From: Lama glama
Lineage: Eukaryota
NCBI GenBank assembly: GCA_028534125.1
Contig: CM052817.1
Coordinates: forward strand, 90,708,001-90,772,000
Length of the DNA: 64,000 bases
Direction: 5' to 3'
The notes beneath the pieces were generated by a model, which worked only from the letters and a program-made list of their open reading frames with translations, was not told the DNA's origin and did no database searches. Positions 13,687 through 26,935 of the stretch are shown here, piece after piece. Every line of letters begins with the position of its first letter. The stretch's first letter is position 1. Position numbers and translations under genes: made by a program.

Positions 13687-13825
13687 TTTTTTCTTTCCTT
13701 CTTTTTGGCGGGGGTGGTAATTAGGTTTATTTATTTATTTGTTTTAATGGAGGCACCGGGATTGAACCCAGGACCTCGTGCATGCTAATCACCATTCTAC
13801 CACTGAGCTGCACACTCCCTGGCCC
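13687..13825 (-). mobile_element. tRNA-derived SINE, camelid Vic-1-like
   Basis: Minus strand reads ...GCAGCTCAGTGGTAGA (A box)...TTAGCATGCACGAGGTCCTGGGTTCAATCCC (B box)...TAAATAAATAAACCTAATTACCACCCCC followed by an A-rich tail. Confidence 0.88.
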
Positions 13826-14467
13826 ACATCTTGAAAGATCGTGCGTTGCCATGCAAAAGAGTCTTCACCAACAGCACGTGTTTCCTTTCTAGGACCCACG
13901 TTTCCCATGGCCCTGAGGATGACATTCCACAGGGTGATTCTTATTTCCAACCATACATCTAGAAACCTGTTTGGATGGAAGTGAAGACACCATGATCCAG
14001 ATAATTAGATAATTATACCCTGAATTTATAGGCACTTTTCTGAGGAACTTTGACTTCCTCTCAAGATCTAAGATTCCCATCATTTCCCTTCCATAAATAT
14101 CATAATCCAAAAAGTAATGATTGTACCCATAAATGCAGACCTATTTCAAGAGTTGAAATGTATTTTTAATGGTTAACCCTAAATCCAGAGTCCCAGCATA
14201 TTCAGGAGTGACAAAACAGGAAGCTGGCAACCAGTTACGTTGTATACAATGGTTGTAAAGTAGTTTATTTTCTGCCTGAGTAAGGGATTAAGACATGCAT
14301 CTGGGATCACTAGGGAAGGTGTTCAGCAACTGTCAGCCCCCTAATAACTACAGACCACAGTTGCTTTTAAGACATACTCCCCACTTTCTGCCCAGTGTTA
14401 ACTGCCTTCCGCCACCTGTCCCGCCAGCACTGCTTGCGTAGACTGCGAGGGGCAGGTCCGCACTCAC

Positions 14468-14540
14468 CTGAGGTTAAAGATTACCCTGTGGCTTTTCTCT
14501 CCAGTTTACACATTCTAATATTTTCCTACTGAATCATCAC
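14468..14540 (-). other. Candidate 73-nt non-coding exon
   Basis: Acceptor TCTTTCTTTCCCTGCTGATGTCGCCAG|G and donor CAG|GTGAGT. Stops in all three frames. Confidence 0.35.
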
Positions 14541-16459
14541 CTGGCGACATCAGCAGGGAAAGAAAGACGTGCACAGCGGGTCAAAACTACCCGTAGACTT
14601 CCCTACTGAGGGGTGTGTGTGTGTGTGCATGCGTGCATGTTTCATCAACAGTGTTGTTGCAGTACCTTCAAGCCAAGTTGAAAAAGGAAGAATCAAAGAT
14701 AAGGAAATGACGAATCAAAATCATCTCTCCAAAGGTATGTTGTCAAACCAGAGAAGGAAGGTCCCTATAGGGGTACAAAATGATGTTGGTGCAGGCTATC
14801 TGCATTGGACAGATATTCTACTCTACTGCTTTAAATTGACATTTTGCAATGTGCAGATAGGCATAAACACACACATAAACGCACATCAAGAACTTTCATC
14901 TACATTCCTTAACTACTGCCTTTCCTAGGAAAGCGCAGGTCTTTATGTGGTTAGGAGATGGTAATTTTGGCCCAGCGAGGCTGCTTTTTATGCTGAGAAA
15001 ATGAAAGCCCTTTGAAGATTAATAGGACTGTGGGTCTTCATTCATTTTGCAAGGGCACAGCCATGCTGATTCCTGCACTGTAGCAATTTAAGGAGAGCAA
15101 GTATCAGCCTCACCTGTGAGAAATGACTCACGATGCAATCTTCCTCAGATTGCCCCCTTCCTTCAGACTTATCCAGCTCCTCCAGTTCACTATATCAGCA
15201 CCCATCTCCTCCAGATACTTATGAGAAAAATTAATGTTAGTTGTCTCAGTAAATATAAAAATATATGAAGAGGTCAGACAGCTTGCCCAACAAATTAGCA
15301 AGTTTCGTTTAGTACATTAGAATTCTCTGAAATGGTACTTAGGGTCTTCTGGGATGTTTTCTTCCTTAAACAAAGGCAATGCCAAAACAAACAAACAAAC
15401 CAGTATTTCTCAGAATGCATTCATCCCGTGGTTTGGACCCACCCACAGGAAAATACAACTGCCCTCCTGTGGCTTCCCCTCTCTGTTTCCCTAATGAGGC
15501 TCTCCTGATCTCCAATTCCTATAAGTGGCTCATTTTTTTTTTTTTTACTACATCTTGGACTTACAGCTGTGTGGCTTTTGGGTTGGGACTTTTTTTTTTT
15601 TTTTAAAAAGCCATGTCTAAAGGCAATTCATTTGATCAGAGAGTTATCTCCTGACTTCCTCTTTATATCATTTCTCAGTCAGACTTGGGCTGCGGGTGGA
15701 ATCCTACAGTTACTTTGTTTAACATTAAAAATAATTTCATTTTCCTGCCAGAAGCTGGTCTTACTGATCATGTTGCTGCTTAGAAGCCTGGAGAATCATG
15801 GCTTTCACCTCACTTTTAGTAGTGAAAGATGGCAGATAATCCTAATTAAGAAAGAAACACGGATGGGGAGAAAGACTGCAATACAGAACAAGAAGAATAA
15901 CAACTCTACTGTAGCAGCTATTTCCATAATCCCAAAGAGAAAGGGAAATTGTCAAGGCAGCAGGAATTGCTTTCAAGAGCAGTCTCTAAGACTAAAGCAG
16001 AGATGTGGCTAAATTTACTCAGATCCACTTCTTTCTTCAGTTCAATGGAGCATTTCCATTTAACCTAGTACTGCAAAACCAACAGTTCAGTAGAGAACAC
16101 CATACATTCTGAGAGGAACATTATTTGTATTCAAGAAGCAAAAAAATGGATATATTTTACTACTGCATTAAGTAAATTTGAATTCAAAGGATCTGAAGAG
16201 TTTTTTTTTTCTACAGGCATCATTTCTTTTCTGCAAATCATCAGTTACAAATCTTTGATTTGAGGGCTCAGAGATGATGTAGGAATGTCAATGCCTGCAG
16301 CTGATAGCTAGCCTCTTGGCCTGGGTGTCTAAGGCTGCTGCCAAATCATTGAGTGCTTGTTCGTTACAGCCTGGGGTAATGGCGATGAACATTAGCCAGG
16401 GTGGCATGATGTGGATGCTGAATGACCACAGCACAGAGAAAATCCAGGAGTGTCAACAA

Positions 16460-16770
16460 ATCAGTCCCTTTTCGTTTATACAGCTCCCATAACAGAAAAT
16501 AGATGTCCTATGTACATGTGATAAAGAACAGGAAGTAAATTTATCTCTGGATTTTGATATACAAAAGGCATGGGTTTTAGGGTCAGACAAGCCTAACTCC
16601 ATGTAAACACATAGAAAAGACACTGCCTACTGGATGCTGCACAGTGTTCACAATTGGAATAGTTTCCAACTGGTACAGCCAACTCAATAACCCAATAATG
16701 GAGGCGATTGTGGAAAAGATCTTAGCCCAAGAAACATTGAATACCAAGCATCTCTTATTCAACATTGAAA
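16460..16770 (+). mobile_element. Probable CR1/L3 RT fragment
   Basis: Translated snippets occur in the expected order: DKEQEVNLSLDF (cf. DEG..VDVIYLDF), VHNW, LLFNI. Heavily decayed. Confidence 0.4.
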
Positions 16771-16914
16771 AATTCCAGAAATATTCTCTAAAATTCAGAA
16801 TCTAAAGGACTCTCAGAGTGTAAAGGACTTACCCAGCACAGTATCAAGATCCTACAACTGAATGAAGAGAGAAACTCAGGTTCTGTTTTGCCTAGGAAGG
16901 GACAGGGAAATAAT

Positions 16915-17280
16915 TTCAAGTAAGTTCCTATTGCATGTAAGACATTTTATATATAGCTCATTTATTTCTCAGTGCAGTGAAAATGTTATTATCTCTATTT
17001 TGCAGGGGAAAAAATGAGACTAAGGTAATACTAATAACATCCACAATGGTTGGTTTTATTACTATTATAGTTAATATTTGAGGAAACAATTTGTCACTGT
17101 ACTAAGTGATGTACATGTATTGCCCCATATAAGCCTCTCCAGAAAAGTCAGATATTTGTATCTTCCTTTTATAAGTGAAGAAATTGCTGCTTGTAGAGTT
17201 AGAATTTGCCCAAGATCATACAGCAAAACAATCAGGCCAAGATTAAAATCCCAGTACCTTCCACTAGGCCACAATCACCT
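16915..17280 (-). mobile_element. Two adjacent MIR fragments
   Basis: 'ttattatctctattttgcaggggaaaaaatgagac' and 'ttttataagtgaagaaattg...atttgcccaagatcatacagc' are MIR core motifs. Confidence 0.7.
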
Positions 17281-17984
17281 AGTGAAGCAGACATGATACA
17301 CTTTACTTGCTACAAACCTTTGCATTTGGTAAGTTACTAGCTGTGTGAAATATAGTAGGACTCCAAATTACTGCTAACAATTGCAATAATTAAAAGCTTC
17401 CAGTGGTCGCTGGGAAAATAAAGGTAGTATTAAAGCACAAACTCTCGTGTCAAGTACTTAAGGTCTAGTTAGTGGTGTACTAGGAGGGAGTTTTGCGGTT
17501 GTTACGGCAATTTGGAGAGGTCTACCTACACCGGAATAACAAGTAAAAAGTTTTGTGCATACAACTTCCCAGAACTTCTTACCAAGAAATCTCATAATGA
17601 TCGAAAAATTACTTTAAGCACCAATAAATATATTCCTGTGTTCATTTCTCTTCATCATTTAACCTGTGTTTCATTAAAAGCACAATTAGTGGTCGAAAAA
17701 GATTTTTTTCAGGATGGAGCCTCTCAAAGATTTTGTCAGCCAAGTTCACATTTCTTTTTTGATTATTAACCCTAGAAAAATTATAAACTATCTTAAAATC
17801 TATAAATTGATAAACCAAAAATCCTGTGAAGAGATTTGGAGATATTCTCATATTGTCCAAAGGCACACCCTATAGGATTTCATAGTGATTTTGCCAAACC
17901 TATTTTCGAAGGCAGGTTTTGAAGCTTCTGGAGTTTAACTTATTAACTGTGTAAGGGGTCAGAGGCCCTTAGAGCTCAGCCTAT

Positions 17985-18310
17985 CGGTGTCCACCTCTAC
18001 TTCCCAGCATCCTTCACAGCTAGGTTGGCCATGTGACTGACATCACACAAGGCAATGTGGGCAGAAGTGATGTAAGGGCAGGCTCCTGAAATATTCTCAA
18101 TAATTTTTCAAGCCTGCTCTCTCTCTGTGCATCTGGCAGTGAAAGTTTCAAGACATGGTGAAGTCACATAATGGAAGGATTCTGACCCTTCAGTGGCCAC
18201 CTGAAGCAAACCTATCCAACTAGGAAACTCTGCCTCAGTATTTGTGGACGAGAATTAACGTTTGTTGGGTGAATTCACAGAAAACTGTTTTAATAACAGC
18301 CAGCCTTATT
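17985..18310 (+). mobile_element. Old MLT1 (I/J/K-like) LTR fragment
   Basis: 'acttcccagcatccttcacagctaggttggccatgtgactga...gcagaagtgatgt' motif. Confidence 0.65.
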
Positions 18311-19296
18311 TATAGTGACCTTTGATCTGAAAAATTAGGATTTTACTACCTACTTCATAAAGTTCCTGTGAGGATGGAATGAAAAAATGAACTTAGGTGG
18401 CATAGCAACTATCCCTCCTTCTTTATATGAATTTGAATCTATAACCTGTAACTTTTTTTTTTCAGTTTGTTGGCTAAGAAAAAAAAAACTAGGAAGTAAA
18501 AATATGTGTTCTATGACACATGCTTATACAAATAAGTACACATAAATTTATATATAAAAATATAAACACATCTCACCCAGTCCATACATTCCTCCACTGT
18601 CAAAGTGTGAAAAGGAGACATCTTAACAATGGCTATTTGGTGATTACCAGATATAGAAAAAGGCAGGAATAAAACATGAATTTTAGAACAATCTTTTGGT
18701 GCTAATGCTAGGCTCCCACCAGCATTTTCTCCTCCTTGAGTAATAGAACTAAAGACTCTGATTCATATAGAAACACAAAATTCATGTGATTATGTGATCA
18801 TGAACCAATTCTATACATGATTCATGTAAAACTGCAGTGAACTTAAAGTTGCTCTTAATATTAAAAACCCAGAGCTAGAGTTCAGATCTATGTCCCAAAA
18901 AGACCTAAGGTAGAAAGCTGTTGTGACTGACTCCTGGGACTTTTAGAAGCCTCTCCAATTCTCAACTGAATTAGGCCGGCAAAGAGCTCTTTCTAACAGT
19001 GTTTCTAAAACAGGCAGTAGGGAATGGGGGATCAGAATTTTAGAGAGATACTAATACCATCTCACTAAAAGTTAGAAGAGCAACTAGAATAAACAGCATG
19101 ATTAAAATCAGTTATACCTATAAAAAGAGAATAACTGTTCAAGTCTAGTGCATTAAATACTTAAGCTATATAGTTATTGGGTCAGATTGGTTCAAGAGAG
19201 AGATCTAAAGTCAGAGACAAGATCTTTCCTAGCATTTAACCTCTTCTTTCTGAATCAGAAATCCCAGGAACGTTAGAATTTAAATTCCAGCCACCC

Positions 19297-19379
19297 TACT
19301 TTATTTACAATAGCAAAGACATGGGAACAAATTGTGTCCATCAACAGATGAATAGATAAAGAAATCGTGGCATACACAT

Positions 19380-19434
<55 letters not shown>

Positions 19435-19958
19435 TATTATTCAGCTGTGAAAAAGAAGAAAGTCCTGCCATGTATGACAGTAAGGATGAACTATGAAGGC
19501 ATTATTCTGAGTTGTGTGAGTCAGACAGAGAAGGATAAACACTGTATGATCTCACTTCTATGTGGAATCTGAAAAAACAAATTTCTAGATACAGAACAGG
19601 TTGGTGGTTGCCAGAGGCAAGGGGTGGGGTGTGGAAGTATGGGTGAAGGTGGTCAAAGTGTACAAACTATAAGTTATAATTTATGTTATATGATGAATAA
19701 GTTCTAAGGATTTCAGATACAGCATGATGACTACAGTTAACAATACTGTATTATATATTTAAAAGATGCTAAGAGAATAGATCTTTAAAGTTCTAACCAC
19801 ACAAAAAATTTTTAACTATGTGAGGTGATGGATATGTTAATCTTACTGTAGTAAGCATTTTGCAATATATACATATATAAAATCACTGCACTATACACTT
19901 TAAACATGTTATATGTTAATTATAATTGAGCCATAATTAATTAACTAATTAATTAATT
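19297..19958 (+). mobile_element. L1 3' end (L1MA9-like), 5'-truncated, with an internal (CA)n(GA)n microsatellite and a (TAAT)n tail
   Basis: Canonical 3'UTR text. Imperfect TSD: AATTCCAGC(CACC) at ~19283 and AATTCCAGC(TGCCACC) at ~19959. Confidence 0.9.
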
Positions 19959-20588
19959 AATTCCAGCTGCCACCTCAGATCTAAATGTCTTTCTGAAATC
20001 TTGTCTGGATCCAGCTTCTTGATCAACACTTTGTCATTTTCTGCTTTGTTATTCCCCAAGTTTCACTGCTTTACTTGCTAGCCTGGCCCCTCTGGGTTTT
20101 CAAATCTAATTTCTGAGGGTGGATACAAGCTGAAAATGTATCTGTGACTCTGGACTCTTGCTACACTGATCCCTGAAAACTTTTTCCTTCCTGTACTATA
20201 ATTTGTCCCATCTGGTACTACATGGAAATTAAAAGAGGAGCCAGGTATTCCAGGCCAACACCAGATCACGGCAGAGGATGATGCAAAGCAGGAGACAAAC
20301 ATTACAGGAAATCAGCAGCAGCTCTCATCATGGTGACAAGAGTCTAGCATAGAGATCCCAAAGTGCCATCCTTCGAGAGAAACAAGATCAGAAAGCCTGA
20401 TATGGGGAATAGTCAAGCCCTTCCAAGCTAGAGCACAGAGCCTTGAGGCCAAGCAACACATTCCACCAAATAGGAACTTCTTCAACTGCCAAATTCTTAA
20501 AATCTTCTATCCTAATAATACATATTTTAGTAATAATAGTACTAATATCTTCAAAACTTATTTGAATGTATTATTGCACGTCTTTCTA

Positions 20589-20991
20589 TGTATATTTGTT
20601 TGCTAGGACTGCCATAACAAGATATTGCAAACTGGGTGGCTTAAACAACATAAATTTATTTTCACACAGTTCTGGAGGGCTGAAGGCTGAGATGTCAGCA
20701 GGCTTGCTTCTTCTGAAGCCTCTCTCCTTTGCTCACAGATGGCCACCTTCTCACTGTGCACCCACATGGCCTTTTCTTTGTGTGTATGCGCATCCCTAGT
20801 GTCTCTTGGTGTGTCCAAATTCTCTTTTCTTATAAGAACAACATCATATTGGATTAGGGCCCAACTTCATAGCCTCATTTTAACTTAATTATCTCTTTAA
20901 GAGTCCTATCTCCAAATAGACAAATTCTGAGGTTCTGGAGGCGTTAGGGCTTCAACACAGAAACTTTGGGGAAACAGTTCACCCCATAACA
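20589..20991 (-). mobile_element. MLT1A/B-type solo LTR
   Basis: TGTATATTTGTTTGCTAGGACTGCCATAACAA...CCCCATAACA. Confidence 0.9.
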
Positions 20992-21109
20992 CTAGGTCAT
21001 GCATTAAATTACACGAGGAAGTAATTATAGACTTTAAGAGTAATTGTATTAAGAATAGATTTGTGAATGGATCCAGTGGTTCTGAATGTAGTGAGGATTA
21101 CTGCCACTA

Positions 21110-21400
21110 AGTCATTCCAAAGTATGTTCGAGTATCTTCTTCATGCCAGGTACTGTGGTAGGTGAATACATATACATATCAGCAACAGTCTCTGTTTTTT
21201 TGAAAATTTAGAACCCAAAGAAAAGACATGAACACTAACAATTTAAATCTGATAATACATAAGTGCTAGAGTAGAAGTATAGATGGGGCATCATGAGATC
21301 AAAGGGAAGCCTCTCATCCTTCCTGGAAATAAGGAAAATTTCACAGTAGAAAGGACACTTCAGTAGAATAGGAAATCAAGGAAGAAGATGGACAAAGAAA
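21110..21400 (-). mobile_element. L2 3' fragment
   Basis: 'cattcc aaagtatgttcgagtatc...atgccaggtactgtg' is the antisense L2 terminus. Confidence 0.55.
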
Positions 21401-21557
21401 GAAGAAAAAAAGGAGATGATACAATCTGGGTAGAATACAAAGAGTAGCAAATTTTTCTGTGTGCCTGTTAGGGTGTGAGCTAGAGGATGATGGCTATTTT
21501 GTCAGAAGAAGGAAAAATCTGGTGTGTTCTCTAATGCATGTGCCCATAATCTAAAGT

Positions 21558-21760
21558 AATGCTACCCAATAGAACTTTATGTATTGAGGCAGATGTTCTA
21601 TATCTGTGCTATGCAATGAGACACTAGAATTTGTGGTTACTGAGTGCATTAAGTATGGCCAGTGCCACTGCAGAACTCAAATTTTAATTTATTTTAATTG
21701 TTTTACATTTTAATTGAAATAGCCACCCATGGCTAGTGGCTACTGTACTGGACAGCACAG
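21558..21760. mobile_element. MER3 (hAT-Charlie) MITE
   Basis: 'ccaatagaacttt...ttctatatctgtgct...atggctagtggctactgtactggacagcacag' with internal inverted symmetry. Confidence 0.8.
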
Positions 21761-21946
21761 ATCTACAGGAAAGAGTTTTTCTTCCTTCTTTTGCCTTTAC
21801 AGCATCCACATGCACAGCACATTCCTATCAATAACACTTCTCATTATATGTGAAAGGTGGAGCAGAATGTTTCAACGGAAGCTTGGCTGAGAACCTAAGG
21901 CCCCATGTATTAGAAAGAAAAATTAATTGTGTGCTAGATCTCAAAG

Positions 21947-22348
21947 TGTATTAGTCAGGGTTCTCCAAAAAAACAGAGCCAACAGGAGGTACATATGAGT
22001 CAGCAAGCTGGAGACCCAGGAGACTTGTCCGTGTAGTTCCAGTTGAAGTCCAAAGGCCTGAGAACCAGGAGAGTCAATGGTGTAGTTCAAGTCCAAAAGT
22101 AGGACAAAGCCAAAGTCCCAGTTCAAAGAAGAGGAATTCTCTCTTACTCAGGGTAGAATTAGCCTTTTTGTTCTATTCAGGCCTTCAATTGATTGGTTGA
22201 GGCTCACCCACATTACGGAGAGCAATCCGCTTGACTTAGTCTACTGATTTAAGTATTAATCTCATTCAAAAACAGGCTCACAAAAACACCCAGAATTATG
22301 TGTGGTCAGATAGCAGGACACCTAGTGGTCCAGTCAAGTTGATACACA
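21947..22348 (-). mobile_element. MLT2 (ERVL) LTR
   Basis: TGTATTAGTCAGGGTTCTCCA...ACAGAGCCAACAGGA start and ...CAGTCAAGTTGATACA near the end. Confidence 0.85.
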
Positions 22349-22351
22349 CAG

Positions 22352-22606
22352 CGGTCATTGCTGACTCTGAAGATAAAAGGGGGCCCGGAGCCAAGAAATG
22401 TCTTCGGCCTTAAAAGTTGGAAAAGGCAGGAAAACACATTCCCCCAGAACCTCCAGAAAGGAATGTAGCATTACTGATACATTGATTTTACCCCAGTGAG
22501 ACTCATTTTCACCTTCTGACCTCCAGAACTGAGATGATAAATTTCTGTTGTTTTAAGCCACTGAATTTGTAGTCATTTGTTACCACAGCAGTAAGAAACC
22601 AAAACA
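22352..22606 (+). mobile_element. MLT1D-like LTR, 3' half
   Basis: 'ttctgacctccagaactg...ataaatttctgttgttttaagccactgaatttgtagtcatttgttaccacagcagtaagaaac'. Confidence 0.85.
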
Positions 22607-23495
22607 TTTACCACGTGTCCTTCCTTAGCAAATCACTGGTCTCAGAGCTATGCTCTTAATTTGTTTACCTCTAGGTAATGCTTTAGACTTTTCTTGACTC
22701 TTTGCAATTTATAAGCTAGTTACTAGGTGACTAAATCTGCGTGTGACTACCTCTGCAGTTAAGTTAAACTACTAGGTGTATTCCCTGTGAATGATTAGCC
22801 CATTGAATTTTCTCAGTACAAACATAAAAGAAAACTTCGTAATGCAATCTTTTTTTTCTAACCCTGCTTATCTAATCACCATTCAACCAAAACATTTCTC
22901 AAGTAATAAATAATTTAGTTATAAAACTTAGGCAGCTTTCTGTCACAAGGTATAATATTTATTTTGCTGTTGAATTAATTAATGTTTGGGAAATGCCATG
23001 TAAATGTTAGCTCTTATCCTTCCCTTATTTATAGTAAGTACACAACCTTAAATTTAATTCCATGTGATAGAAAATGCTGTGAAATATATGTGGCAATGAT
23101 GGATGAACATTATTTGCCCTGATGGCTTTTTCTATATAACCTATCTATAATATTCAGAACTTGAAATGATGAGGATAATATCTTTCAGGCCTAGCTTGGC
23201 CCAATACTCAGGGAACATAGATGTGAATGATTTTGGCTAGAAGACTGAAAAATGGATATGAAGCCACTAAAGTTTTCACATAATTTTAAAGCAGAGGAAG
23301 GGAAGGGGAGGAGGCAAGACTGTCAAAAGTGTGTCTTTGTGGCAATGAGAATTATTATGTGTATTTATATAAGGTATAAGATGTATTTCCAAACAGAGAT
23401 AAAGCAAAGACAATTTGATTCTGTTTTAAGGTCCTAAATAGTCTAACACCAGGTTTATATTGTGAATCACTGCACTGGAAGATGGGTCCCCTCTG

Positions 23496-23992
23496 TGTTA
23501 CTGAGTCCAAACTCATTCTGCTTGCCACACAAGCCAGTAAATTGGGAGACAAGGTGTTGGGGCAAGGAATAATGGCTCTATTCAGAAAGCCAGCAGACAG
23601 AGAAGATGGCAGACTAATGTCCTGGAGAACCATCTCACCCAAGTCAGAATTCAGGCTTCTTTTATACTAAAAAGGGGAGGGGGTATGGTTGGTTGTTGCA
23701 AACTTCTTGGTGTCGGAATCCTTTGTTCTTGCAGCTGTCCACCAAGGTCAGCTCATGATGTTCCTGTAAACCTCTAACAAGACAAATGTGTCTTTTTTTT
23801 TTAATCTCTATATGAATGGGAAGTATTATACCCTTAAAGGCCAGAGCCTTGAGAATCGGCTATTCTGTATATTTCAGGCTCTAGGCAACATTCTTTTACA
23901 AAAGGTGCCGAACAAGAATGACTCAGCACAGGAAACAGAGCCCAAGACTAGAGCTAAAGGAACAGGTCTAATATGGAGTATTCCCTATTATA
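23496..23992 (-). mobile_element. ERV1-class solo LTR, family A copy 2
   Basis: TGTTACTGAGTCC...TATTATA. Near-TSD TCTG/CCTG (4 bp, 1 mismatch). Homologous to 3070-3645. Confidence 0.88.
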
Positions 23993-26935
23993 CCTGGAAG
24001 CATATATCATATTCTCTATGCCACTGCCAAAAGTTCCTATAGGTTAGCAGAAAAGAGCAGTGGGGCCCCCACAGACAAGGGCTATATCATCTTCCTTGAA
24101 GGACTAAGAGTGATAACACTCCATTCTTCCCCAAAGTGCCAGCTAGGCAAGGGAGCAAAAAATCTGGTCCCTGGGTTATCCTTAGTTACTATACTACCAC
24201 CTAAAAGGACAAAGATGTAAAGTGGGCCAAGAAGAAAACATGAATTACAGAAGTAAAGGAAATTGAAACTTGACTCCAGGCTCAAAGCAAGCCAGAGATC
24301 CTCTACTATGAAATTTCAGAATTTCGCATTCTCATCTAAGCCCTTAAGCCACAGAGACACAAAAGGCCTCTCTGCGAAGGTAATACTGGAAGCTATAATT
24401 TGATTAAAGTTGAGGTACTATGGTTGTAACTTGCATGCGAAATAACCAATATTTTATACACTCAAAAAGTATTTGTTGTGTTTCCTAAATTTGAGCCATA
24501 TGCCGTCAGTCTCAAAATTCACAGTAATTGCAGTCTCTGTGGCAAGTCTGTTTATATAGCAAAGTCTACGTTTGAGCATCTCTGGAGAACTGAGGTGTAG
24601 TCTGCCACAGCTGTGTAATTGAGGAAGCTCTGATGCATGGAATTAAGTGAGTTATTTTCACCTAGCAGAGTTCAGGGTATTTTTTTGAGAATGAAAGTAT
24701 AGAGTTCTGGATTATAAATGTATTTCTACCACATTAAAGGAACTCATATGCTTACATTGTGACAGAAGCAGGTCCTAAAGTAGTCCAAATGTATGGCGTT
24801 TCACCTCTACTCAACATGGTAATTTTTAATCAACTTTTACTATAAGCAAAATACTATAAGCAAAATTCACCTGAGCCTGTATACACAGTGAATCCTGGGT
24901 GGGAATGATAATTCAAATGTATGCTTTGCAATAAGTAAATATCCTGAAATACATCAGCTTCCTGTTGACATTATCTACCCCTCTCAAATACTGAATCCAA
25001 AATTATTTTATGGCATGTTCAAAAGAATGTTGTTTTCTGCATATGTATACATGATTGCTCCAGGCATCCAGACAGACTCTGGTGCAACGCTCAGTACTTG
25101 AAATCTTCCAGAGCCTATGTTCCCTGGAAGATTTGTAGCCCCTTTTCCACTTTATGAATTTGAGAGAAGCTAGTTTGTCCCTGGGTTTTCTTGTGGGAAT
25201 TGACTTCCCACCAAGTATCATCAGGAAGGCTTGATTTCTGGATCTTGCTTCATGAGTAAAAGTTGCAGTTCCAAGTAGCCGGTTGTGGCCCCCACCTAAG
25301 TATGCTTTTGTCATAACCTTAGGACAACTTTAGACAGTAGATATGACTCAGCTCCTCCTCTACCCTGAGAGAAGCTAGCTAAAGAAAATGCCACAGGATC
25401 ATCACCTGTAGGACTACTAAAGAGCCTCCGGCTTATTGTTGGTCATTTAGAAGAACATATCATTTGTAGGATTTTGAACAGTGAGCACTCTCTGTTCTCC
25501 ATAAGTGGACATTGAACATGTTTGAGGACACTAGCAGGAAATGGAGCTCCTCGCAATGCTCTTGCAGGGTCACTATCTATCCAAAAGGGCAGTCTAAGAA
25601 CACAGCTTGGAAGGGACTAACATGGGAGAGGTGAGAGAAGGGGGCTAACAATTCAACCACCCACGTCAGCCAACACAAAAGTCACCAAGGTGACAGATGC
25701 CACAGAGAGAAAGATGGCACTATGTTGCCTTTTGTGGGACTATCATTTTAACTTTACTCCTTATTATTGTACAATAATACCCCTAACTTTGCATAAGGCA
25801 TAAGTGTTTTAATAACAACATTATTAATAAGAGGCTAGAATTAGTTCATATAAAACTAGCCTGTGAGCTTCTTCACTGGATATGAACTCTGTTGAAGGAG
25901 GAACATATTCATCTGTGTATGTACAAACCTGGTGTATCTGGCAGACAGTGGGTAGGTATTAGAGAAGTGTTTACTAATTGGAGTCTTTGTAAATGTTCCT
26001 TATGTGACTAGTATCTGTACTGTTCTCATCATGGCCATTTCCTAGTCCCTGGAAACTTTGAATAATGAGGTATAAAACAAATATTTAATATCATACACAA
26101 TGCCACAAGATTATACCATATCTTGATTTCTTTATACTTTTCATTTTACTTATTAAACAGATGTGACTAAACACCACAAAGAAAGACATACTGGGATTTT
26201 AGACATATTTAAGAATGTGAAAATCCTCATTAGCCAGAGATAGTTTACCATGGAAATTGATCAATTTCATCAAAAGTGAATTTCTGAACAACATGAGGAA
26301 AGTACCAGTATTATTAACCTGCATAGTTACACTTGTGCTCGGGTCCTCATTTCTTTAGTCCCACTGGGCAGATTCAGAAGCAGAGCAAATGTGGAAAAGA
26401 TTCAGGAATATAATTCTCAGAGCATGGTTTTCTTGATTTCCCCCATCCACTTCTTTCAGACCTGAAAAGTCTCATGAAGATGCCAGATCGCAACTTTGCC
26501 TGCATAAATTACCTATTCTTTTCCCAGGTTCTCTGTCTTGGAACCCAGAGAAGCTTATGATTAGGATCTCCTCCTCTGCCGCTCTTCAGAGCCGAGAAAG
26601 CATGTGGGAGGAGATCAGTGAGGAGAAGAGGGGTCACTGTGCTCCCAGCTTCATCAGGCAGCAAACTGCAATGGCTCAATAGTCCGGAGTGCAATAATCA
26701 TGATCCAGAGCTTGAAAATTCCCATTAACAGAATATTTAGGGCATTAGGAGAAAATGTGCCTTTCTTTAGGGATGACTGGCTGCAGGGTTGCTCTCTGTC
26801 AGTCAGGGTCTGAAAAATCTCCCACCCTGGGGATGTCACACCCAGGGTAGCTCTTCTCTGCTGTGAAGATGGCACCTCATATGCCCTCAGTCAAGGTGAA
26901 ATCTGGAAAGGTGAAAAACTGGACTATTTTAAAGC

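Noticed and set aside
13755..13825. tRNA-like sequence
   Set aside because: It is a SINE head with a decayed cloverleaf and a SINE tail, not a tRNA gene.
15569..16012. 147-aa ORF
   Set aside because: Non-ATG start, runs through poly-T, and has no recognisable domain or exon structure.
19934..19962. (TAAT)n palindromic homeobox-like array
   Set aside because: It sits at the L1 tail position just before the TSD, so it is a tail-derived microsatellite.
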